Shown: one piece after another, positions 13,353 to 24,738 of the stretch | Numbering within the stretch: the stretch's first letter is position 1 | How the letters are laid out: the number at the start of each line of letters is the position of its first letter | DNA from: Octopus sinensis | Lineage: Eukaryota | Direction: 5' to 3' | Assembly: GCF_006345805.1 (NCBI RefSeq) | Contig: NC_042998.1 | Coordinates: forward strand, 145,886,001-145,950,000 | Length of the DNA: 64,000 nucleotides | Program-made: the position numbers and the translations under genes | Notes under the pieces: generated by a model | Told to the model about the DNA's origin: nothing | Database searches by the model: none | The model's input: only the letters and a program-made list of their open reading frames with translations

Positions 13353-14665
13353 ACTAGCGACCCTCTTTAAAAGTGTAGCAGAGGAATGATGTTAATGCTT
13401 TGTCCCTTTATGACCCGTAATCTAAAGGTTTGACAAATCGAAATCAATAAATTAAGTAGTGGTGAGTCATTATAGTCGACTAAGTCTTTTCATGACGGTA
13501 CTCCAACATGGCTGCCGTCCAACGACTATAACTAATTGAAACAAAAAACAAAGTGCATGTGTGAATTTCCTGTTCCAACAATAAAAGATATAGAATATAT
13601 ATCTAAAAATACATACTTACAGCACTGCTTAAAATGTATGAATCTGATTGAAAATCTGTAAATACGAAGTTGTGTTTAAACATGTTATGCTTGTGTTTAG
13701 GATGATTTAAAACGAGTTCTTGTTTTTAAGAGTAATGAATGTGTTAACGTACTGAACACCATGAATGACTGATTGCGAAAAAGACATCTAACGTATATGT
13801 GTGTGTGCGTGTGTGTATAATGCAGTGGGTATGTACGAATGTGTGTAATATATATCCATGTGTATATTTATGTATATATGTATGCATGTGGACTGGGTTT
13901 ATTTGTATGTAAATATGTATATGTTCATGGCGTGTGTGAACGAATGTTTATGCTTTTGTTTCCGTCTTCGCTTGTTTCTCTGTGTGGAAATGCTTTTTCT
14001 GTGGTTAATGTCAATTGTTGCTGTTTATATTCTAAAACCATAATAAAACAATATGTCATTCAGAATTCTTCAATTAATTGCCCAAACAGTTGAAAAATAC
14101 ATAATGGCTATTGCCAATCTACTGGAGCAGAAAAAAACTAAACTTATATTCCAGAGTCCTACTTGTCACACAAGTGACTTCGTCTGAGACTGTTTTAAAA
14201 CCTGAAGTGAATACATCATGGAAGAGTCGTTTCCTAACCCACAAATCTGTTAAATTTATTTATATTTAAATATATTTCATGTAGTGATAGACAAGATTAT
14301 CGTTGCACAACTTGCACGATCTACCGATACAGTGGGTGTGTGTCAATGTTCAGTTCAGAACTGTGCAACTAAGAGCGTATTTTGTTTGAGTCTTCATGAA
14401 ATATATTGAAATTCCAAATAAAATTAACAGATTTGCGTTGTTATTAAATTGTAGTCTTGCAAGATGTAGCTAAATTTGTCTTTTGAGGATTTCGAGTGAG
14501 ATTTAAGTTTAAGACATAAGACTACAAAATTATTTAATAGAAAAAAAGATAAGAAACAGACAAAAATATCAAAAGCAAATACGAAGAGAAAAAGACTGTA
14601 CTTTTACACTGTTGTTTAGCATTGGTGAGATATGCTTCACTCGTTCAATAATTCATTTATGTATG

Positions 14666-14751
<86 letters not shown>

Positions 14752-14815
14752 TATATGTATATATGTATATATGTATGTATATATGTATATGTATGTTCAA
14801 TAATTCATTTATGTG

Positions 14816-14853
<38 letters not shown>

Positions 14854-15582
14854 CGCTTCCGATCTTCCGGCATCTCATGATCCAGACATAGTTTTGTAAG
14901 GACACTTAAATTTCTTGTGCTCATTATTAATAATTTTATTTCTACAAAGTCTTCATGACACACTTGTTTATTCACTAGTAACCTATAATGAAGGCAGAAA
15001 TATTCTCTCTAGCCCTAACTATGATAATATGAAAGTGTAAATGCTTAAAACTAAAACTAAAGCATCACATGTTAACATTCTAAAGATCCTCTCTCAAATG
15101 TAACAGAGCAGAGTATGTTAATGGAAAACTTATCTGCAATGCATAGATACAGTCTCCCAGAATAACGGAGTAAAAAGTGAATATACGCCTCTAAGAGATA
15201 TGTTTCCAATGAAGAGGCCCAGTGGTTAGAAGGTTAGCACTTGCATCTTCGCATTATTATAATTGAAAGAATGGAAGAATGCTTTCAACTTTATAGCATA
15301 CTGCTTCTAATGAATAAATAAAGACCAGTCATGAGGATTTAGTAGCTGAAAAGTTATTACTCAGAATTATTATCACATGACATCTTTCAATGCAGCGAAA
15401 TAAATAATCCAACACAAGTGTGTAACCAAGTATGCCGGCAAATTGGTAAATTAGTGGTGTGCCTGCACTTACATACAGCATACATGCATACATATTGTAA
15501 CTATGTTTTTGTTGTCGTCATCATCATCACTATCATCACCTTCGTTATTATTAATATGATTATTATTATTATTATTATTATT

Positions 15583-15626
<44 letters not shown>

Positions 15627-15639
15627 TATAATTATTATT

Positions 15640-16048
15640 AAGCGATGAGCTGGTAGAATCACTATAGCGCCAGACAAAATACTTAGCCGCATTTCTTCCT
15701 CCTCTCTACTTTCTGAGTTCAAATCCCACTGAGGTTGACTTTTCTTCTCATCCTTTTATCCAGAAAGGATGAGAAGCAGTAAGAATTATTATCACCATTA
15801 TTATTAAGGCAGCAAGCTGACAGAACCTTTGGCGCGTCAGAAAAAATGCTTAACGCCATTTCGTCCGGCTCGCCACGTTCTGAGTTCAAATCTCGCTCAG
15901 ATTTACTTCACTTTCCATCATTTCGGGGTCAATAAAAGAATTACCAGTTCAGAACTGAGGTTGATATAATCGGCAGTGCCCCTCAGGCAAAGCTTCAGGC
16001 TATGTGCCTAAAGTAGAAAGGATTAGTAGTAGTAGTAGTAGTAGTAGT

Positions 16049-16098
<50 letters not shown>

Positions 16099-16348
16099 TA
16101 GTATAGTAGTAGTAGTAGTAGTAGTAGTAGTCGTTGTAAGGCGGCGAGCTGGCAGAATTGTTAGTACGCCCGGCAAAATGATTGGCAGTATTTCATCTGT
16201 CTGTACGTTCTGCGTTCAAATTCCGCTGAAGTCGACTGTCTTTCGTCCTTTCGGGATCGATAAAATAAGTACTAGCAAGCACTGCAGTCGATGTAATTAA
16301 CTTACCCCTCCCCTGAAATTGCTAACCTTGTGACAAAATGTGAAACCA
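15640..16348 (+). mobile_element. Cluster of three family A SINEs (15640-15780, 15806-16022, 16138-16348)
   Basis: Repeated gagctggcagaat...gagttcaaat...gtcga core, separated by trinucleotide tracts. Confidence 0.85.
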
Positions 16349-16391
16349 TCGTTGTTGTTGCTATCGTTGTTGTCATCGCTGCTGCTGCCAT

Positions 16392-18098
16392 ACGTTCGGA
16401 TTTTGCTTTGTGCTTATAAAAGTTGACTCCAAGTCTCATCGAGAGACATCAATAAACAAGTTAGAAATTCAGGTCAGTATTATAGCTAGGGTGGTTGATA
16501 ACTGCCATGTTTTTAGATTTGCACATAGGATTGTTCTAGAGAATGTCTTTCAAACCATAAGAAAATTAAAAGTTTGTTTAAAAAGTAGTTTGGTGATAAG
16601 ATGATAGCGTGATCTTAAGATGGTAGTAAAAAGTGTTAGCTTTTATGTACATTTAAAAGTAGTTTTGCTACGTTTACATATTAAAATGCATTTTAATCTT
16701 TAGAATTGCATAGTCGGTATTTCCGTAGGCTATGACCAGTTCTCATGAGAACTGTTTTTTGAATTTCTTCCATTTTGAATTTCCTGAAATCTGAAACAGG
16801 TAACAATCAGGTAACTATCAGCCCCTTTTGTTATCATTCCTAGAGCACCTATGATAACAGGTATTGTTCTAGTATTGATTGAAGTTTCCCCATTTTGCCG
16901 ATTTCTGTTATATTCACTCGGATTTTGGTAGGTCTTCACAGATACGTTTATGTCGATCGGAGAGTCATATTGATGAGGAGGCATGACTTTTGTCTGAAAT
17001 CCTTCAATATAATGATTGGCCTATTTGCATCTATCTTTCTGTCAGTTTGAACAGAAAAGTTCCATAGAAGTGAGATATGATCATTTTCAAGTTTTGGAAA
17101 TGTTTTGTGTTCTCACCAGTTTTTATCTTGGGACAAGTCCAGATCCTTGCAAATTTACCAGTGAATATATTGTGCCGCTCTATCATGCTTGTTGAGATAC
17201 TCTGAGGGCGCAAGAAGGAGCCACAGTGAGACAGTATGATCGATAGTTTCAGTCTGTTGTTTATATACATGACATGTTGGATTAATGTTGTTAATCTGAT
17301 AGCCAGAAGACGCTAACCCTCGACCGGTAAGAGCTTTGTCACAATCAGTATTGTTAGCTCTCTTTGGGTATTTGACATTGTGTGAGTTTTCTTGCCATTT
17401 ATCAGTAAGAATATTTAAGCCAGCTTTTTTAGCAAGGGTTTCATACGTTTAGCTTTTTCTGTGCTTGTTCCCAATCCGTCTAATTCTGGGACTTGCTACA
17501 TCTGGAATTCACTTAGATATTTCCTTGTTTCTTTTGTTACAGAATAAGAGGTTTCTTGTTTTCGTGCTTCAGGTCAATAGTGGCAACTTTCAGTGCCAAT
17601 TCAAGTTGTAAGAGTCCACGGTCACCGTCTTTTCTTTGCAGGTAAAATCTTTCCACATCTACCTTGGGGTAGTGCATTTTATTTACTATCAACAATTTTC
17701 TGATTTTTCTATCAAGCTTATAGGTTTCGGTGTTTGACCTGTTAAGGATAATGAAACTATAAGTTACGACCGGTACGGCTAAAGTATTAATTACTTTGAT
17801 CCTGTTTCTTGCATTTAGCTCTGTATTGCCCTTACCCTAAATAAAGATAGCTTTTGCTCATTTATAGAAGCCAAATTCCATCCTGATGTCATGACTAAAC
17901 TGTCTGACAACTGCTTATAAGCCTTGTAGTTGATGGTCACTTTTTGCAAAGAGCTTTAAATCATCCATGTAGAAACGATGATTTACAATTTTACTAGAAA
18001 TGTCATAGGCACATTGTGCTTCATTGAGCAATTTGGGAAGAGCTACCTGGACTAGACAAAAGAGGAGTGGTGATAGATATTCACCCAGGAAAATACCA

Positions 18099-18100
<2 letters not shown>
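16392..18100 (-). mobile_element. R4/Dong-clade non-LTR retrotransposon, 5'-truncated, degenerate
   Basis: Minus-strand GIFLGEYLSPLLF...YMDDLKLFAK (YMDD at 17960-17971), ELNARNRIKVINTLAVPVVTYSF, TIPVIIGALG. Many stops and frameshifts. Confidence 0.85.
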
Positions 18101-18170
<70 letters not shown>

Positions 18171-18223
18171 TATTATTATTATTATCATCACCTTCATCAT
18201 CACCATCATCATCATCATTATTA

Positions 18224-19340
18224 TGTGATGAAAACTCACAGCTTATTTTGCTGGGTATGATGGAAAGTGTCAGCTGCCCACAGCCAGCAGACTGAGGGGA
18301 CACTTGTTTACTGGTCATTCTTCAAGAACCCTGAAAAGAACTCTTGCAGTTCCAAGCAATGTTGATTTTTGTAGGTGTTCTATCTACACTTTCACCAATC
18401 ATTTTCAGCCATGTAGGTTGTTGAGTGCTGATACTTCCAAATGCTCCATTGCTATCACGTCTACTCTCCTCATTGACCACAGCCTTCGTATTTCCCACTT
18501 TAAATCGTCATAGTTGTTTATTTTTTCTTCTTCTTTCTCATTGATCCTTTTGTCACCAGGGCATGCTATGTCGATTATCATGCATGTTCTTTCTTTTTTA
18601 TTCACCACAACAATGTCCGGTTTCCGATATTTGGTCAGGTGATCGCACTGAATCATTGTATCCCACAGGATTTTGTAATTCTCATTCTCGGTGACTCCTT
18701 CTGGGGTTTGCTCATACCACGTCTTTGCTCTTTGTACGCCGTGATTTCCACAGAGCTCCCAACGGATCATTCTTGCCACATTATCATGACGTCTTTTGTA
18801 TTCGCGTTGTGCCAATTTCGGGCATTCGCTAATGATGTGCCATGCCGTTCCACCCCTCTCACTACACATTCTGCATTTGTCGGTGTCAGTAGTGTTGTCT
18901 ATCTTGTACTTCACATTGTTGGTCCTAAACGCTTGTTCTTAAGCTGTGCATATGAGTGCTTCTGTCTCTATTTTCAGGTCACTCCTCCTCATCCATAGCC
19001 ACCGGTCTTCTATATCTGTCTTGGCGTTCGCATCTCTTGCAAACTGATCACATATTTTGTTATCCTTCCATGCTGTTTCTTTTTTGTGTTCATTTCTTCT
19101 TTAATTTTTTCTTTCATTACATAATTCTCAGTTTTGATGACGCCGGCCTTCGTGTGTTTCAACATTGGCTCCAAGACATTTTTATATACCACCCTAAGCT
19201 GTTTTCCTCTGCTTCGATACAGTCCTGGCAACTGATCAAACCTCTCCCACCCTTTCTTCTGAACAAGTACAGCCTATAGGTGTCACTGTTGTCACCATTT
19301 TCTCGTTTTTTTCCATTCTCATCACTTCTTTCTTTTGTCA
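18224..19340 (-). mobile_element. R4/Dong-clade retrotransposon 3' half (restriction-like endonuclease)
   Basis: CRMC..HIISEC zinc knuckle, RHDNVARM, KPDIVVV..IIDIACP (PD..D), LYLFRRKGGRGL. Flanked by (TAA)n on both sides in element sense. Confidence 0.92.
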
Positions 19341-19379
19341 TTATTATTGTTGTTGTTGTTGTTATTATTATTATTATTG

Positions 19380-19455
<76 letters not shown>

Positions 19456-19505
19456 TGATGATGATGATGATGATGATGATAAATAAATAAATAAATAGTA
19501 ATAAT

Positions 19506-19715
19506 AAGGCGAACTGGCAGAATCGTTAGCACACCGGGCGGCATGTTTAGCGGTATTTCATCCATCTTTACATTCTGAGTTCAAAATTCCAACGAGGTCG
19601 ACTTTGCCTTTCTTCCTTTTGGGATCGATGAAATAAGTACCAGTTATGCATAGGGGTCGATGTAATCGACTTATCTTCTCCCCCAAAATTTCAGACCTTA
19701 TGCCTATAGTAGAAA
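19506..19715 (+). mobile_element. Family A SINE
   Basis: Near full-length match to the other family A copies. Confidence 0.85.
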
Positions 19716-19737
19716 GGTTTATCATTATTATTATCAT

Positions 19738-19793
<56 letters not shown>

Positions 19794-19815
19794 TCTACCT
19801 AATTGCAGAAATGAT

Positions 19816-20076
19816 AGAATGTCGGATAAAATGCTTTACAAAAGTCATTGAAATAAGTTACAAGTTCAAATAGCTTGGAAGTGGACTTTGATCCCATCAC
19901 ATAATTCTAATTTAAGCACAAATCCAACAAATTTGAATTACTGTGTGATGGGAGTCAAGTGTACTTCCACATTATTCGAATTTAGAACTTATTTAAACGG
20001 ACATAACTTATTTAAACGGACATAACTTATTTAAACGGACATAACTAATTCCATAAAACCTTTTATCCGACATTCT
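19816..20076. mobile_element. MITE with 16-bp perfect terminal inverted repeat and internal 19-bp triplication
   Basis: AGAATGTCGGATAAAA (19816-19831) / TTTTATCCGACATTCT (20061-20076); inner ~33-bp inverted pair; aacttatttaaacggacat x3 at 19986-20042. Confidence 0.7.
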
Positions 20077-20099
20077 GAAAATTGTCAAAATTGGCCTAA

Positions 20100-20430
20100 A
20101 CATTTATCTTTTACTTGTTTCAGTGATTTGACTGAAGCCAAGCTAGGGCACCGCTCTGAAGGGTTTTAGTCAAACAAATCGCCCTTAAAGTTTTTGTTTT
20201 TAAGCTTAGTACACCAACAAAGGTTGTCAAGCGGTGGTGAGACCAATACGGACACAAAGACACACACACATAGATATACATACATACATACAACGGGTTT
20301 CTTTCAGTTTCCGTCTACCAAATCCAAATCCTCTCACAAGGCTTTGATCAGCTCGAGGCTATAGTAAAAAATACTTGCCCAAGGTTCCACGCTGCGAGAG
20401 TGAAACCAGTTGGGAGGCAAACTTCTTACT
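20100..20430 (-). mobile_element. SINE family C (cttgggcaagt core); further copies at 40780-41170, 41720-41850, 43745-43900 (-) and 49960-50230 (+)
   Basis: Shared ccgtctaccaaat..ctcacaaggcttt..gctatagtagaagacacttgcccaagg sequence. Confidence 0.7.
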
Positions 20431-20469
20431 ACACAGCCACGTTCGTGCGTATGCACACAGCCACGCCTG

Positions 20470-20980
20470 CGTCTATTTATCTGGAAAATCTGTTAGCCAA
20501 ATGCTAAAAATTGTATTAAAGCACAAAACCAAGAAACCCCTTATTCAGTTGCAAAAGAGGCAATACCGTGACTTACAACACTACACACTGCCCAAAAATA
20601 ACTCTACTAGGAACAGCCATATCTTGCGCAAGACACTATCAATTCAACAGAATAGCTCAAATAGGACAACTTCTGCACACAATACACACCTTATGCAAGA
20701 AGCACCTCATAATGTAAACTATACACGTTTAAGGCCCAATAAAAAAATACAACTCGCATTACACACTACGCACAACAGAACATATCTTGATATAAGAAGA
20801 AACAAGAAACTAAGCACTATAACAAAACAAACCGTTTCACCACACCAATAGCGGAAGTCGATATTTCCACCAATACTAAAAAAAAAAAAGAACAAACTGC
20901 CGCGTACCCCTCAGGAACATGAAGGTACACAAGGTGGTGCAGCAGAAACTCGCCTGAAACTACCGAAGAAAAGCTTTTTA
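20470..20980 (+). mobile_element. R4-like 3' terminal fragment (different subfamily)
   Basis: Encodes the frameshifted R4 ORF end (K)ITLLGTA-HILRKTLSI followed by a 3' UTR. Confidence 0.55.
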
Positions 20981-21187
20981 TAATAATGTTTTCTGCTATA
21001 GGCACAAGGCCTGAAATTTTGAGGGTTTGAGAGTTTGACCTAATCCATTGAGTCGACCCAGTTCTCAACTGCTACTTATCTTATCAACCTCGAAAGGATG
21101 AAAATGAAGTCGATCTCGGTGGGATTTGAACTCTGAACATAAAGACGGACGAAATGCGTTAAGCATAATAACTCTCTCTAGACACAA

Positions 21188-21269
<82 letters not shown>

Positions 21270-21356
21270 GCTGTGGGTTTTCATCACATAATAATGATGA
21301 TGATGATGGTGATGATGATGATGATGGTGATGATAATAATAATAATAATAATAATT

Positions 21357-21400
<44 letters not shown>

Positions 21401-21422
21401 ATGATGATGATGATGATGATGA

Positions 21423-21457
<35 letters not shown>

Positions 21458-21473
21458 AATAATAATAATAATT

Positions 21474-21603
<130 letters not shown>

Positions 21604-21608
21604 TCCCC

Positions 21609-21695
21609 GATGCAGTACTAGGCAATGCCCTGATGTAATACTGGGCAATACTCTGATGCAATACTAGTAAATGTCCTGATGTAATACTAGGCAGT
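21609..21695 (+). repeat. 23-bp minisatellite, ~3.8 units
   Basis: gatg(c/t)a(a/g)tactaggcaatgccct-like units starting at 21609, 21632, 21655, 21678. Confidence 0.8.
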
Positions 21696-22227
21696 CGTTC
21701 TCATTGCTTCTAATCTTAACTGATTGGAAACGTTATCCTATACATGTTTTGTCTTGGTATAAAAGATGGGCTAGAGCAAATATTCAACTCAGTACCACAG
21801 ATATGCGTGTCAATTGTTTGACCTTAACCAGCTGAGCCTGTTCCTTATTAGCTGGCGATAAGTGCATCTCTAATCACAAGCAAGAATAGTGGGGGAGCAT
21901 CATAGCCATGTGTTGGAAAGGATTCTTTGGAGCTTGAACAATTCACCTCTGAAAACATGGATGTTTTACTCATCATCCTTTAAACAAGCTTTATTGAGGG
22001 ACCTTTTGTGCGATATGAGCTACTCGACTTGAAAAGAATTCTCACTGAGCCCCACCTGCAAGATCATGTGCTGTCTTTCTTGATATGAGGTCACCATGAC
22101 ACGCACATATAGTTGTGATGTATGTACTTGGCGTACACTTATCAGAGAGGCAGTCATGATGGGTATATTGGGTTTCACACATTTGTAACCCAACATCACT
22201 TTGATGGCATGTACTGCAGTCTCGCCT
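21690..22227 (+). mobile_element. ~540-bp non-coding interspersed repeat, family D, in (TAA)n
   Basis: Collinear with the reverse complement of 35742-36285; both copies have TAA/TTA microsatellite on both sides. Confidence 0.8.
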
Positions 22228-22347
22228 AATAATAATAATTATTATTATTAATAATAATAATAATAGTAATAGTAATAATAATTATCATAATTATCATAAT
22301 TATTATTATTATTATTATTGTTATTATTATTATTATTACAATAATAA

Positions 22348-22418
<71 letters not shown>

Positions 22419-22420
22419 AT

Positions 22421-22459
<39 letters not shown>

Positions 22460-22920
22460 TTCTTTTATTGGCCTTAAGGGCCCAAGATATGGATGACAGT
22501 ATCGAAGGACGAGTTAGAGCACACAAAAACAAAACAAAAACAAAAAATACAAAATCAGGTGGCGTTTACATCAATCAAAGGGAGATACTACCAGATTAAA
22601 GGATATAACAGTGGATATATAATAGAAATTGGAAAAACAAATAGATAAATAAAAGTTCCAATAGCGGGGTGGTCCACTTAGAGTAATTTGTGTTAAATCC
22701 TACGCAAAAACCCTAGATTATTCTGGCATCTCCAAAGCATGGGATAGTGCCCTCTCCCAGTTTCTTTCCTACTTGAGAAACACACTAGACGGCAGAACCT
22801 CCCACTCTACCTTCATCTTCCTCTTCAAATGATATTTGAAGCTATTATTAAGTGCATTTTCCGTCTTCATATATGTTTTCGTTCCTTTCTTTAAAATACA
22901 TAACTTCTTCACATCCAGCA
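22460..22920 (-). mobile_element. L1/Tx1-type LINE 3' fragment
   Basis: Minus-strand FKYHLKRKMKVEWEVLPSSVF resembles HLKRKVRLEREVLLPS at 39.9-40.1 kb; ends ggccaataaaag + (TTA)n. Confidence 0.6.
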
Positions 22921-22973
22921 ATCAAAATATACATACATACATACATACATACATACATACATACATACATACA

Positions 22974-23005
<32 letters not shown>

Positions 23006-23188
23006 AGGGGGATGACCACTAAGTGGACATCCATATGCTAGAAGTCATCCCTCTTATATGTATGTAATACAATTTTTCTTAATCTTCAGATTTTTCTTTA
23101 TGCTAAACCACTGGTTTTAAATTGATATTAATCTAATAATATTCAACTTTTCACAATACATACATGCGCACACACACACACACACACA

Positions 23189-23281
<93 letters not shown>

Positions 23282-23770
23282 ATATAATAATATAATATAA
23301 TATAATATAATATAATATTTAAAAAAATTGTATGGTTTACACTTGATAGCTTACCGGAAAAAAGCACGTTCACTCTCACAGTGTTTGTTGGGTATTTGAT
23401 TAATGAGAGAGACGGAAATTAATAAACATATTCATAACTTCCATCTTCCATTTCTCTCATTATTCAAATATATATATATATATCCACACACACACGCACA
23501 CACATACACGCATACATATGCGTGTGTTTGGATGTGGAAATGCATGTTTTTAAATATATATTGGTTTCAAATTTTGGTACAGGCCAGCAATTTCGGGGAA
23601 GGGATAAATCGACTACATCGACCCTAGTATTCAACTAGTTCTTATTTTATCGACCCGAAAGAACGAAAGGTAAGGTGAACCTCGGATGCATTTGAACTCA
23701 AAAACGGAAAAAATGCTTACTAGCATTATTCCGGTGCGATAACTATTCTACTATTGTGTGTGCATGTGTT

Positions 23771-23870
<100 letters not shown>

Positions 23871-24088
23871 TTATATATACATACATACATATATATATAA
23901 TATATATATATATATATGAATATTTGAGTAGTTGAATGAATTATCTTGTTATGGATAATTCGGTTAACCGATACCTGGGTAGCAAATTCACATCAGAGAA
24001 GACACGTTTGAAGTTACGTGCTTTCTTGTGGAAATTTGTAGTATTTTTTAAAATATAAATATATGAAAGAATGGAGTTGAACGACGAA

Positions 24089-24205
24089 TTAACAAAATTC
24101 CTTTATTTTCGACATATGTTTCGAAGGCTGCATATTCCTAATTGCGAAGGAATAAGGAGTATATTATGCCGCTTTCTCATCAGGAAAAGCAAGGAACTTA
24201 TGTCA
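24089..24205 (-). ncRNA. Type I hammerhead ribozyme (left arm, mirror copy)
   Basis: Reverse complement of the right-arm ribozyme; core at 24183-24177; predicted cut between 24111 and 24110. Confidence 0.85.
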
Positions 24206-24312
24206 ACATCAAGATGCACAAAAAACTTTTAGATGACTGCTCACACGGAGCCCATAGTGAAAATGGGCTCCCTGTGAGCAGTCATCTAAAAGTTTTTTGT
24301 GCATCTTGATGT

Positions 24313-24429
24313 TGACATAAGTTCCTTGCTTTTCCTGATGAGAAAGCGGCATAATATACTCCTTATTCCTTTGCAATTAGGAATATGCAGCCTTCGAAAC
24401 ATATGTCGAAAATAAAGGAATTTTGTTAA
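24313..24429 (+). ncRNA. Type I hammerhead ribozyme (right arm)
   Basis: Stem I UUUUC/GAAAA, extended by CCUU/AAGG and wobble pairs; core CUGAUGA 24335-24341; stem II gaaagcggcau/augcagccuuc (G24342-C24395); GAAA 24396-24399; stem III AC-AUAU-GU; GUC cleavage triplet, cut after 24407. Confidence 0.85.
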
Positions 24430-24456
24430 TTCGTCGTTCAACTCCATTCTTTCATA

Positions 24457-24533
<77 letters not shown>

Positions 24534-24738
24534 ATGTATCATTACATACATATATTGTAATATTACGCATATATATCTGCATGTATGCATATATGTATGC
24601 ATACATGCTCTAACTTACTACCATATACAAAACCCAATATCAGTGTACAAAGCGATATCTTTATGATACCGAGTTCGCAACACTTTATCTATATGAATGT
24701 GTGTGTATGCGCATTATGTATATATATATATGTGTGTG

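Larger units (their letters stand above)
24053..24465. repeat. 413-bp near-perfect palindrome (203-bp arms, 7-nt loop, 2 mismatches)
   Basis: Checked base by base: arms 24053-24255 and 24263-24465; mismatches at 24146/24372 and 24246/24272. Confidence 0.97.

Noticed and set aside
14150-14420. Possible very decayed mariner C-terminus on the minus strand
   Set aside because: Only a vague HPPYSPD-like trace and no TIRs; not enough to annotate.
21609-21695. 23-bp repeats as a CRISPR-like array
   Set aside because: Contiguous diverged units with no spacers, in eukaryotic DNA with no cas genes.
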